Positions 7,508-15,434 of a DNA stretch of 64,000 bases are shown here, one piece after another. The position numbers were made by a program, and so were the translations under genes. Every line of letters begins with the position of its first letter. Position 1 is the first letter of the stretch. The notes beneath the pieces are model-generated. The model saw only the letters and a program-made list of their open reading frames with translations. It made no database searches and was not told the origin of the DNA. Location: NCBI GenBank assembly GCA_013203475.1, contig JABMNV010000015.1:3567-67566 (forward strand), in the 5' to 3' direction. Source of the DNA: Acidobacteriota bacterium (GTDB taxonomy: Bacteria; Acidobacteriota; Vicinamibacteria; Vicinamibacterales; SCN-69-37).

Positions 7508-7832
7508 GGCGTGATTATACTTGCCGCTAAGCATCACAGCAAGCGCCGACATGTGCCGACGGCATCTCCGCCCCACACGTTGTACGCCCAGCCGTGCTCC
7601 GTGTTGCGAATCCCGAGTCTCGCCAAAGCGATTGCATCGCTGGAGGGGACTCCGCAGACCCATGAGAGAAACGGCGTCAAGAGCCCAATGCTCGTACGCC
7701 AGGACGAAGATCGTCATGGCGGCCGGTCGCGTCGCAAGTCACCTTCCCACCAGCGTCGCTCAGTCCTCGATGAAGGAGTGATGTGACGGGCGTCCCCGGT
7801 ATCGCGAACGCTTCGTCCGCTATAATCCGCCC

Positions 7833-8054
7833 ATGGTGCCGGCCACTCAGTCGCCTCCGTGGTCCCTGGCGGTCGCGCTCGACCTGTTCGAGGTCGGCGT
7901 GGCCCTCATGCGCCAGAACCTGCGCCGACAATTCCCGGCCGCCGACGATCAGGACATTGATCGTCGGCTTCACGACTGGTTGCGGCATCGTCCGGGCGCC
8001 GAGCAGGGTGACGCCCATGGTCGCGCGCTTGATGTTCGGACGCGATTCCGGTGA
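7833..8054 (+). CDS. Small helical partner protein of the second NTase (putative antitoxin)
   Basis: 73 aa, ...LFEVGVALMRQNLRRQFPAADDQDIDRRLHDWLRHRPGAEQGD. TATAAT at 7821-7826 is exactly 6 nt upstream of ATG 7833. Its stop overlaps the GTG start of the NTase (GTGA at 8051-8054). Confidence 0.55.
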   Translation: MVPATQSPPWSLAVALDLFEVGVALMRQNLRRQFPAADDQDIDRRLHDWLRHRPGAEQGDAHGRALDVRTRFR

Positions 8055-8647
8055 CACAGCTCGAACACACGCTTCGCCAGGCCGTTGGTGATCTGGCGGC
8101 CTTCGGCGTCCGCTTCGCACTGGTCGGGGGACTGGCGGTCTCGATCCGTACGGAGCCACGGTTCACGAGGGATGCCGACTTGGCGGTCGCCGTCGCATCC
8201 GACGATGAAGCCGAGCGATTGATCCGCTACGTGCGCGGCATCGGATACGAGGTGCACGGTCTCGTGGAACATGAAGCGGCGCATCGGCTCGCGACCGTGA
8301 GACTCACTCGCAGTGGCGGCCTGCAGACACCCGTCCTGGATCTCTTGTTTGCATCTTCAGGCATCGAGGCGGAGATTGTCGCCGACGCGGAATCGTTGGA
8401 GGTCCTGCCGGGCCTGATGATGCCGGTGGCACGAGTGGGCCACCTGCTCATCTTGAAGTTGCTCAGTCAGGATGATGAACGTCGACCGCAGGATTCAATC
8501 GACCTCCGGGCGCTCCTGTTGGCCGCCTCAACCGCCGAAAGCGAGCGGATGCGCGGCGCGGCAGCTCTGATCACGGATCGGGGTTACCACCGTGGACGCG
8601 ACCTCTTTGGCGCGATGGAGACGTTGTGGGCACGCCGCCTGCGGTGA
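8051..8647 (+). CDS. Minimal nucleotidyltransferase, AbiEii/MenT-like (putative toxin), paralogue-like of 6700..7245
   Basis: 198 aa with LVGGLAVSIRTEPRFTRDADLAV plus VLDLLFAS. The helical C-terminal half aligns by eye with the other NTase (LLILKLL / LLRLKK; D..D..L). Confidence 0.7.
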   Translation: MTQLEHTLRQAVGDLAAFGVRFALVGGLAVSIRTEPRFTRDADLAVAVASDDEAERLIRYVRGIGYEVHGLVEHEAAHRLATVRLTRSGGLQTPVLDLLFASSGIEAEIVADAESLEVLPGLMMPVARVGHLLILKLLSQDDERRPQDSIDLRALLLAASTAESERMRGAAALITDRGYHRGRDLFGAMETLWARRLR

Positions 8648-8720
8648 ACTCGCGCGGCTATTTCCTGCCCCCGGCCCGCCAGTTCAGCCTCACCGTGAGC
8701 GGCGGCGCACTGCCGGTCCC

Positions 8721-8891
8721 TACCGCACTGTCAACGCCGAAGCCAGGTGCGAGATTGCGAAAATCAAGGGTTCTCGCTTCATTGCCACCGCGGGCCCGTG
8801 CCGCGACGAGGCGGCATTGGCCAGTGTCATCGCACACCTGAGCGACGAGCTCTCCGACGCAAATCATCACTGCCACGATAGCCCGTATTAG
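8721..8891 (+). pseudogene. YigZ / IMPACT-family N-terminal remnant
   Basis: YRTVNAEARCEIAKIKGSRFIATAGPCRDEAALASVIAHLSDELSDANHHC matches the E. coli YigZ N-terminus (EEIKKSRFI ... AEHPDARHHC). There is no start codon in frame, and the frame stops shortly after HHC. The rest of the roughly 200-aa family is absent. Confidence 0.55.
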
Positions 8892-9023
8892 GGGGTTGTT
8901 CGGTGACACCACCACCCCTAGCACTAACTCAAAGAGCGTCGTCACAATGAATCCCAGCTTGAAAGGAATTCGGAGTGCATTAATGAATACATCGAACGCC
9001 AAGAACCGTCGCGCCCCAGACCC

Positions 9024-9045
9024 GACGCTCACAGTCTCACACGTC
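9024..9045. repeat. 22-nt element copy B: GACGCTCACAGTCTCACACGTC
   Basis: Exact match to 6518-6539. It is followed 4 nt later by TATAAT (9050-9055), which lies 12 nt upstream of the pduO-type ATG at 9068. Confidence 0.85.
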
Positions 9046-9067
9046 GCCCTATAATCGTCAGTCAACG

Positions 9068-9607
9068 ATGAAGATCTATACCAAAACGGGCGACCATGGC
9101 GAGACGGGATTGTTTGACGGCACCCGGGTCAGCAAGGCCGATCCCCGCGTCGACGCGTACGGAGAAGTTGACGAACTCAACGCCTGGCTTGGTCTGGCGC
9201 GCGCCGAGGGTGTGGACCAGGAGCTGGCGGACATGCTCGAGCGCCTCCAGCGCGACTTGTTCGCGGTCGGCGCGATGTTGGCTGATCCCGGCCACCGCAT
9301 TGCGGCCCGAGTCGACAAGGCACTCTTGGCCGACTCAGACATCGCCAGACTTGAGACCTGGATCGATGATCTGGAAGCGGCTCTGCCGCCGCTTCGCCGC
9401 TTTATTCTGGCGGGAGGCACTCCTGCCGGGGGATCGCTGCATCTGGCCCGCACCGTCTGCCGCCGGGCAGAGCGGCGCATGATCGCGCTGGGCACTGACG
9501 CGGTCGACCCGATCGTCCTGATCTACGTCAATCGTCTCTCTGACCTTTTGTTTGTCATGGCGCGGTCTGTCAACGCGCGTGCCGGCGCGCCGGAAACCGA
9601 GTGGTAA
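9068..9607 (+). CDS. pduO: ATP:cob(I)alamin adenosyltransferase, PduO-type
   Basis: MKIYTKTGDHGETGLFDGTRVSKADPRVDAYGEVDELN is the canonical PduO/MMAB N-terminus. 179 aa. Confidence 0.9.
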   Translation: MKIYTKTGDHGETGLFDGTRVSKADPRVDAYGEVDELNAWLGLARAEGVDQELADMLERLQRDLFAVGAMLADPGHRIAARVDKALLADSDIARLETWIDDLEAALPPLRRFILAGGTPAGGSLHLARTVCRRAERRMIALGTDAVDPIVLIYVNRLSDLLFVMARSVNARAGAPETEW

Positions 9608-10470
9608 CAGCCGACGCATACGCCACGTGCCTGAGGCTGGCCCGCGAACACTACGAAAACTTCCCGGTCGCGTCATGGCTGATGCCGGCGGCGGCGCGCC
9701 CGCACATCGCGGCCATCTACGCGTTCGCGCGAATCGCCGACGATTTCGCCGACGAAGGAGACCGCGAGCCCGCCGAACGACTGGCACTGCTGAACGACTG
9801 GCAGCGACTCCTGGATCTGGCCATGGCCGGGCAGTCAGATCTGACAGGCAATGATCGCCACGACGCGGTCTTTGTTGCCCTCACAGAGACACTACGCATT
9901 GCAGACGCTTCGTTGCTCCACGACTTGCTGGACGCCTTCAGGCAAGACGTCTCTACGAAGCGCTACGAGACGTGGGACGACGTGCTCGGCTACTGTCGAC
10001 GGTCGGCCAATCCGGTAGGCCGGCTTGTGCTGCAGACGACAGGACATCGGAACGACACGCTGAACACGCAGTCGGACCACGTCTGCACGGCCTTGCAGTT
10101 GACGAATTTCTGGCAGGACCTGGCTCGTGACTGGGCGAACGGTCGACTGTATGTGCCACTGGAGACCGTGAGGACTCATGGGGCGCGTCTGGAAGATTTG
10201 GACGCGGGACACTGGACCCCGGAATGGCGCGCGGTTCTTCGAGATGTTGGAGCGCGGACGCGCTGCCTGTTTGCAGCCGGGCGTCCGGTGACAGAGGGCG
10301 TCACGGGCAGACTGCGATGGGAACTGCGAGCCACGTGGCTCGGCGGCCATCGTATCCTCGACCGGCTGGCGGCGTCAGACTACGATGTATTTCGCTCTCG
10401 TCCGTCATTGACGTGGCGAGACGGGGCCTCAATTGCCGCGGGCACGATATTCTGGCGGCGGTCGGCATGA
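9601..10470 (+). CDS. hpnC: Hydroxysqualene synthase HpnC (squalene/phytoene synthase family)
   Basis: HYENFPVASWLMP...IYAFARIADDFADEG and QLTNFWQD motifs. GTG 9601 overlaps the pduO stop by 7 nt. Confidence 0.85.
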   Translation: MVTADAYATCLRLAREHYENFPVASWLMPAAARPHIAAIYAFARIADDFADEGDREPAERLALLNDWQRLLDLAMAGQSDLTGNDRHDAVFVALTETLRIADASLLHDLLDAFRQDVSTKRYETWDDVLGYCRRSANPVGRLVLQTTGHRNDTLNTQSDHVCTALQLTNFWQDLARDWANGRLYVPLETVRTHGARLEDLDAGHWTPEWRAVLRDVGARTRCLFAAGRPVTEGVTGRLRWELRATWLGGHRILDRLAASDYDVFRSRPSLTWRDGASIAAGTIFWRRSA

Positions 10471-10474
10471 CGCC

Positions 10475-11326
10475 ATGACTCGAAAGACCAGTTTCTATTA
10501 TTCGTTCCTCGTCCTGCCCTCAGCTGAACGCCGCGCGATCACGGCCGCCTTCGACGTGTGCCGCGCGATAGACGACGCGGTGGACCTTGAGACGGAACCC
10601 GCGCGTGCGACGGCGGCGCTGGAGTTGTGGCGAGCCGAGGTCGCGCGCATTTTTGGCGACAGCCAGCCGCAGACGCCGCAAGGCATCGCCCTGCAGCCCT
10701 TCGTCAAACCGTTCCACTTGCCGCGCGAGCAGTTCGACGCCCTGATCGATGGTGTGGGCATGGATGCCGCTCCGTTGCGCTTTCAAACGTTCGCCGATCT
10801 TGAACCCTACTGCCACCGCGTGGCGTCGTCTGTGGGGCTGATGTGTGCGGAGATCTTCCGGTACAACGACGCCGCGGTGTTGACCTACGCGCGCGATCTC
10901 GGCGTGGCATTGCAATTGACCAATATCCTCCGCGACGTGGCCGTCGACTACAGGCGTGGAGAACGCCTGTACCTTCCTCTGGACGACCTGGCGACCTGCG
11001 GTTGTAGCGAAGACGACATCCGCAGGGAGGTTGCAGAGGCCGGGCAAGGTGTCAGGTCACCGCAGGTGCGCGCGGCCCTGACACAGCAGGCGGGACGTGC
11101 GCGCGAGTACTTCGCCCGCGCCGTGGCCGCGCTTCCGCGAGAAGACGCCTCCCGGTTCGTCGCGGCCGAGATCATGCACGGCATCTACTTCGAGCTGCTC
11201 AAACGCATTGAGGCCGCACAGTTCGACGTGTTCAGCCAACTCGTACGTGTGCCTCGCCCGGCGCAAGCGCGCCTGGCCCTTCGCACCTGGTGGGCGCTGC
11301 GCCGTGGCCATATCCCTCAACACTGA
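10475..11326 (+). CDS. hpnD: Presqualene diphosphate synthase HpnD (squalene/phytoene synthase family)
   Basis: TSFYYSFLVLPSAERRAITAAFDVCRAIDDAVD and QLTNILRDV motifs. The start is taken as ATG 10475, 4 nt after the hpnC stop (track ORF begins at 10433). Confidence 0.85.
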   Translation: MTRKTSFYYSFLVLPSAERRAITAAFDVCRAIDDAVDLETEPARATAALELWRAEVARIFGDSQPQTPQGIALQPFVKPFHLPREQFDALIDGVGMDAAPLRFQTFADLEPYCHRVASSVGLMCAEIFRYNDAAVLTYARDLGVALQLTNILRDVAVDYRRGERLYLPLDDLATCGCSEDDIRREVAEAGQGVRSPQVRAALTQQAGRAREYFARAVAALPREDASRFVAAEIMHGIYFELLKRIEAAQFDVFSQLVRVPRPAQARLALRTWWALRRGHIPQH

Positions 11327-12650
11327 CTGCGACGTCGTCGTGATCGGTGCCGGCTGCGCTGGACTCGCTGCGGCTGCCCGCCTGTCGAGGCATGTTCGGG
11401 TCGTCGTCATTGAAGAGGCGCCGCGGTTGGGCGGGCGGGCAACGACGTTTGAGGACCGCGAGTCGGGCCAGCGCCTCGACAACGGACAACATGCCCTCTT
11501 CGGCTGCTATAGCGAGACTTACGACTTTCTCCGGGGCATCGCCACAGCGAACCTTGCACCACTCGATCCCGCATTACGTTTGACGATGGTGGATACGAAG
11601 GGGAGGGCGTCGACGCTTTCGTGCCCGGCCTGGCCACCGCCATTGCACCTCGCGGCAGGCGTGTTGTCGTGGAGGGCGGTGCCGATGACGGACCGTCTGG
11701 CGGCGCTACGGCTGGCTGGCTTCCTGTGGCGTGTGAGGAACGAAGGCGCGGTCAGCGCGGCCGCAGCTGTCCCTGCTCACCTGACGGTCACACAGTGGCT
11801 TCGCGATCAGGGCCAGCCTTCATCGCTGTGCGACTGGTTGTGGCATCCCCTCGCCCTGGCCGCGATGAATCAATCGCCAGACGTGGCTGCGGCTCGACCT
11901 TTCGTACGGGCGCTCGGCGAGCTTTTTGGATCGTCACCGGCAGCCTCTTCCCTGGGGGTGCCGTCGGTGCCGCTTGACGAGCTCTATGCGGAACCGGCTG
12001 CGCGCATGGTCGAAGAACGCGGCGGGCAGGTACTGCGTCGGACCCGTGCTCATGTTGAGCTCGACGTATCCGGTCGTCGGCACCAGGTGTTTGTGGGCGA
12101 TCGCGTGCTGACGCCTAAGGCGATCATCAGTGCTGTGCCGTGGCACGCATTCGGGCGCTTGTGGCGCGGCGCGATTCCCAAACCGCTTTCTGCGATTGCC
12201 GAGTCGGCCAGCCGCATGGCTTCGGTCCCCATTGTGACGGTCAATCTATGGTTCGACCGGCCCGCGATGGTCGAGCGGCAGGTCGGCCTCGTCGGCACCG
12301 AGTTTCATTGGGCATTTCGCAAAGCGAACAATCTGGTGTCACTGGTTGCCAGTGGTGCGAATCATCTGCTCCGTCGTACGAATGATGACCTCGCGGCGGA
12401 GGCGGAGCGGGAGTTGCGCGCCTGTCTTGTCGGCGCTGTGGGCGCCGTGTGCCTGAGGTCGTTGGTTGTCCGCGAGGCACGGGCGACGTTTTCGCTGGCG
12501 CCAGACGCGCCTGCCAGGCCCGCCACTCAAACTCCCGTCCCTGGCTTCTTTCTGGCGGGCGACTGGACCGATACCGGCCTGCCGGGCACCATCGAAGGCG
12601 GTGTGCTCAGCGGCCATCGCGCGGCCGACGCGGCTATGATCGTCCTGTGA
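11304..12650 (+). CDS. hpnE: Hydroxysqualene dehydroxylase HpnE (FAD-dependent amine-oxidase fold)
   Basis: CDVVVIGAGCAGLAAAARL...IEEAPRLGGRATTFEDRESGQRLDNGQHALFGCY. The most plausible start is GTG 11304, in frame within track ORF 11097..12650, overlapping the hpnD end by 23 nt. Confidence 0.8.
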   Translation: MAISLNTDCDVVVIGAGCAGLAAAARLSRHVRVVVIEEAPRLGGRATTFEDRESGQRLDNGQHALFGCYSETYDFLRGIATANLAPLDPALRLTMVDTKGRASTLSCPAWPPPLHLAAGVLSWRAVPMTDRLAALRLAGFLWRVRNEGAVSAAAAVPAHLTVTQWLRDQGQPSSLCDWLWHPLALAAMNQSPDVAAARPFVRALGELFGSSPAASSLGVPSVPLDELYAEPAARMVEERGGQVLRRTRAHVELDVSGRRHQVFVGDRVLTPKAIISAVPWHAFGRLWRGAIPKPLSAIAESASRMASVPIVTVNLWFDRPAMVERQVGLVGTEFHWAFRKANNLVSLVASGANHLLRRTNDDLAAEAERELRACLVGAVGAVCLRSLVVREARATFSLAPDAPARPATQTPVPGFFLAGDWTDTGLPGTIEGGVLSGHRAADAAMIVL

Positions 12651-13819
12651 CATCGGTCATCGTTCACTACAAGGAGCTGGCGCTCAAAGGCCGCAACCGC
12701 CCGTGGTTCCATCAGGTGCTTGTCCGATCCCTTCGGACGCTCTTGTCGGATTTGGACGTGGTGCACGTGGCGTCGGTGAACGGTCGCATCGAGGTGCGGT
12801 TCCCCGACGAGAGTCAGTGGGGCGAAGTCAAGGCCCGCCTGGCCCGGTTGCCCGGCATCGCCAACTTCGCGCGGGCGGTGCAGGTGCCGGCAGACGTTGA
12901 TGCCATGGCGGCGGTGGTCATCGAGGGGCTCCGCGGCAAGACGCCTCGACCGTTTCGTATCAGGGCAAAGCGCGCGGACAAGCGATTTCCCGTGCCGTCT
13001 CCCGAAATCGAACGTCGGGTCGGCGCGCGCGTCCACACCGAGTTGGGGTGGCCGGTCAATTTGTCCAATCCCGACGTGACGGTTCGCATCGAAGTCTTGA
13101 CCGTTGACGCCTTCGTGATCATTGACCGCGAGCAGGGCGTGGGCGGACTGCCAATTGGGACTGGTGGGAAAGCGCTATGTCTGCTCTCAGGAGGCATTGA
13201 CTCGCCGGTGGCCGCGTGGCGCATTCTCCGGCGTGGGGTGAAGGTGCAGTTGGTGCACTTTCACAGTTATCCGATTCTCGACCAGACCTCACAGGAGAAA
13301 GTTCGCGAGTTGGCAGACACGCTGACCCGCTGCCAACTCAGGTCGCGGCTGTATCTGGTGCCATTTGGTCCCGTGCAGAAGCAAGTGGTGGTGACAGTGC
13401 CGCCGGCGTTGCGGGTGGTGATCTATCGCCGACTCATGGTGCGCATTGCACAGCGCATCGCCGAACGTGTTCACGCTGACGCGCTGATCACGGGCGATGT
13501 GATTGGGCAGGTGGCATCGCAGACCATCGAGAACATTCGAGCGATCGACGACGCCGCGACGATGCCGATCTTGAGGCCCCTCGTCGGCTTTGACAAGGAA
13601 GACATCACGCTGGAGGCCATTCGGCTGGGCACGTACCAGACCTCGATCATTCCCGACCAGGATTGCTGTTCGTTGTTCACCCCGAGGTATCCGGCCACTC
13701 GCGCCGGCATTGAGCAGGTACGCGCGGCCGAGGCCCTGCTCGATGTGGAGGCTCTGGTGGCTCAGGCGCTGCAGGATACCGTGGTGGAAGAGCGGAGATT
13801 TCCGCCAAAAGGGAAATGA
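12647..13819 (+). CDS. thiI: tRNA 4-thiouridine synthase ThiI (no rhodanese domain)
   Basis: VIVHYKELALKGRNRPWF N-terminus and PP-loop LSGGIDSPVAAW. GTG 12647 overlaps the hpnE stop (GTGA). Confidence 0.85.
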   Translation: MTSVIVHYKELALKGRNRPWFHQVLVRSLRTLLSDLDVVHVASVNGRIEVRFPDESQWGEVKARLARLPGIANFARAVQVPADVDAMAAVVIEGLRGKTPRPFRIRAKRADKRFPVPSPEIERRVGARVHTELGWPVNLSNPDVTVRIEVLTVDAFVIIDREQGVGGLPIGTGGKALCLLSGGIDSPVAAWRILRRGVKVQLVHFHSYPILDQTSQEKVRELADTLTRCQLRSRLYLVPFGPVQKQVVVTVPPALRVVIYRRLMVRIAQRIAERVHADALITGDVIGQVASQTIENIRAIDDAATMPILRPLVGFDKEDITLEAIRLGTYQTSIIPDQDCCSLFTPRYPATRAGIEQVRAAEALLDVEALVAQALQDTVVEERRFPPKGK

Positions 13820-13856
13820 TACGATGCTTGCGTTCGTTGATGCAGGAGACCAAACC

Positions 13857-14870
13857 ATGAAAATGACCCCTGGAAAGCTCGCAGGGATGAAGGCCGTTTC
13901 GGATGCTCGTGGTGTCATTGCCGCTGCGGCGATGGACCAGCGTGGGTCGCTCAAGAAGACGCTCGCGAAGGAAAGCGGTGGTGACGTCACCGACGCGATG
14001 ATGGAGGAGTTCAAGGGCCTGGTCACCGAGGTGTTGACGCCATACGCCACCGCCATTCTGCTTGACCCAGAGTGGGGCATTGGTCCCTCGAAGCGTCGAT
14101 CAAAGAACGCGGGCCTGCTGCTGGCGTACGAAAAGACCGGCTACGACGCGACCACGCCCGGCCGTCTGCCCGACTTGCTCGACGTGTGGTCAGTGCGGCG
14201 CCTCAAAGAGGCCGGCGCAGACTGCCTGAAAATCCTGCTGTACTACACCCCGTTTGACGCCAAGCCGATCAACGAACTCAAACACGCATGGGTGGAACGC
14301 ATTGGCGATGAGTGCCGGGCCAACGACCTGCCGTACTTCCTGGAGTTTGTTGGGTACCAAGAAGGCGCTGATGAAAAGGGGCTGGACTACGCAAAGAGGA
14401 AGCCCGAAGTGGTGGCGGGAGCCATGCGCGAGTTCACCCAGGACCGTTATGGCGTTGATGTCATGAAGGTGGAGATTCCCATCAATGTGCAGTTCGTCGA
14501 GGGGGCTGCTGCAAACACGTCTGGGCAGGTGGCGTACACCCGCAATCAGGCGAAGCAGTTGTTCCTGGACGCCGCGGCAGCTTCGACCAAGCCGTTCATT
14601 TACTTATCTGCTGGTGTCAGCAATGCCGAGTTCACTGAAGGACTGACGCTGGCTGCCGAGTCGGGCGTGCGTTTCTCGGGCGTGCTGTGTGGCCGTGCAA
14701 CCTGGAAGGACGGCATCTCAGTGTTCGCCAAGCAAGGTCCGCCAGCGTTCCGGGCGTGGCTTGAGACCAAAGGTGTGGAGAACATCAAGAATGTGAATGA
14801 GGCCGTCAAGCCGGCGAGTCCGTGGTTTGCGGTCTACGGAGCTTCTTCGGCTGACGAACTAGGAAGCTGA
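13857..14870 (+). CDS. lacD: Class I aldolase of the tagatose-1,6-bisphosphate aldolase (LacD) family
   Basis: Near-collinear similarity by eye to LacD: DQRGSLKK, ILLDPEWG, GLLLAYEKTGYD, GRLPD, FLEF, DVMKVEIP, YLSAGVS, GVLCGRATW. AGGAG lies 8 nt upstream of ATG 13857; ATG 13824 is an alternative. Confidence 0.88.
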   Translation: MKMTPGKLAGMKAVSDARGVIAAAAMDQRGSLKKTLAKESGGDVTDAMMEEFKGLVTEVLTPYATAILLDPEWGIGPSKRRSKNAGLLLAYEKTGYDATTPGRLPDLLDVWSVRRLKEAGADCLKILLYYTPFDAKPINELKHAWVERIGDECRANDLPYFLEFVGYQEGADEKGLDYAKRKPEVVAGAMREFTQDRYGVDVMKVEIPINVQFVEGAAANTSGQVAYTRNQAKQLFLDAAAASTKPFIYLSAGVSNAEFTEGLTLAAESGVRFSGVLCGRATWKDGISVFAKQGPPAFRAWLETKGVENIKNVNEAVKPASPWFAVYGASSADELGS

Positions 14871-14898
14871 GGAAGTGGGGAAGTGATGGGTCGCTCAC

Positions 14899-15351
14899 CT
14901 ATTTCCTGAGAATCTCTGTCCCGGCTACCGGCCCGAGGCAGGTGATGCCTGTGTACGGGATGCGGAGCTGATTGTTGGCCAGGGTCGCTGTGCCCGTCAG
15001 GGCGACCGGGCAACTGCCGACATCCAACACTGTTCCCGTCCCCGTGGCCGCCCACGTGAGCTTGGTGGTGTCCAGCGTGCCAGACGCGGTGCCGGCGACA
15101 TCGACATTTCCGTGGCAGGTGGCGGTCCAGGACCCGGTCACGCTCGTCAGTGTGACATCGGTCATGGTCCAGTGAAAATTGGTGCAGGTCTGCGGCGCCG
15201 TGCTGGCCGCAACCGAGGCCCAGGAACCCTCATACGAAGATGTCTCGGATGAGGGACTGGTCGGTGAGGTGGTGAACATCTCCAGGCAACTGGTGCCGGA
15301 AGTGGCGAGGAGCAGGCCGACGACGAGGGTCAAACGGGGGAATCCGAGCAT
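14899..15351 (-). CDS. Hypothetical secreted protein or lipoprotein (Thr/Ser/Gly-rich)
   Basis: 150 aa. N-terminal signal-like MLGFPRLTLVVGLLLATSGTSC with a possible lipobox Cys. Four further Cys residues. No family recognised. Confidence 0.5.
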   Translation of the reverse strand: MLGFPRLTLVVGLLLATSGTSCLEMFTTSPTSPSSETSSYEGSWASVAASTAPQTCTNFHWTMTDVTLTSVTGSWTATCHGNVDVAGTASGTLDTTKLTWAATGTGTVLDVGSCPVALTGTATLANNQLRIPYTGITCLGPVAGTEILRK

Positions 15352-15434
15352 ATTGCCGTCGTATCGGCCGGCTACCGTCGTTTCATTAGCTGCCAGGGGC
15401 CGCCAGGAGGCTCGGCGCCTTCTATAATCTTCGA

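Noticed and set aside
7508-7832. ORFs in the spacer between the two NTase cassettes (7511..7786+, 7521..7781+, the 5' extension of 7238..7717-, 7677..8159-)
   Set aside because: There are no motifs, and the composition is biased (Arg/Ser/Pro). They also overlap the TATAAT-led starts at 7507 and 7833, which give much better gene models. The spacer may still hold regulatory sites or gene debris.
8947-9054. 35-codon plus-strand ORF (MNPSLKGIRSALMNTSNAKNRR...) whose stop lies inside the TATAAT box
   Set aside because: It is too short, has no RBS or homology, and overlaps the promoter and repeat element. It most likely arises by chance in AT-rich DNA.
8658-9065. 135-aa minus-strand ORF with two hydrophobic stretches (possible small membrane protein) that contains the 22-nt element as CETVSV
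   Set aside because: Its 3' two-thirds is antisense to the recognisable YigZ remnant. Its proposed start is 2 bp from the divergent pduO-type ATG. The hydrophobic part merely reflects the AT/T-rich patch. No motif or RBS supports it.
9046-9067. Possible cobalamin riboswitch upstream of the PduO-type adenosyltransferase
   Set aside because: Only about 12 nt separate the -10 box from the ATG. The preceding 130 bp or so show none of the B12-box features I could recognise. There is no room for an aptamer.
11097-11303. 5' extensions of track ORFs (11097, 12449, 13590, 17956, 21798, 39601, 43879, 45386, 46219, 55166, 1301, 3899..4336)
   Set aside because: The extensions overlap the preceding genes in another frame, have unusual composition, and lie upstream of starts that match family N-termini, RBSs or start/stop coupling. 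They were trimmed in the feature table.
14871-14898. GGAAGTG-type G-rich repeats (GAGGAAGTGGGGAAGTGATGGG) between the aldolase and the convergent lipoprotein-like gene, considered as a second G-quadruplex or terminator
   Set aside because: The G-runs are short and irregular (2-4 nt), there is no hairpin or U-tract, and the signal is much weaker than the regular motif at 52267-52300.
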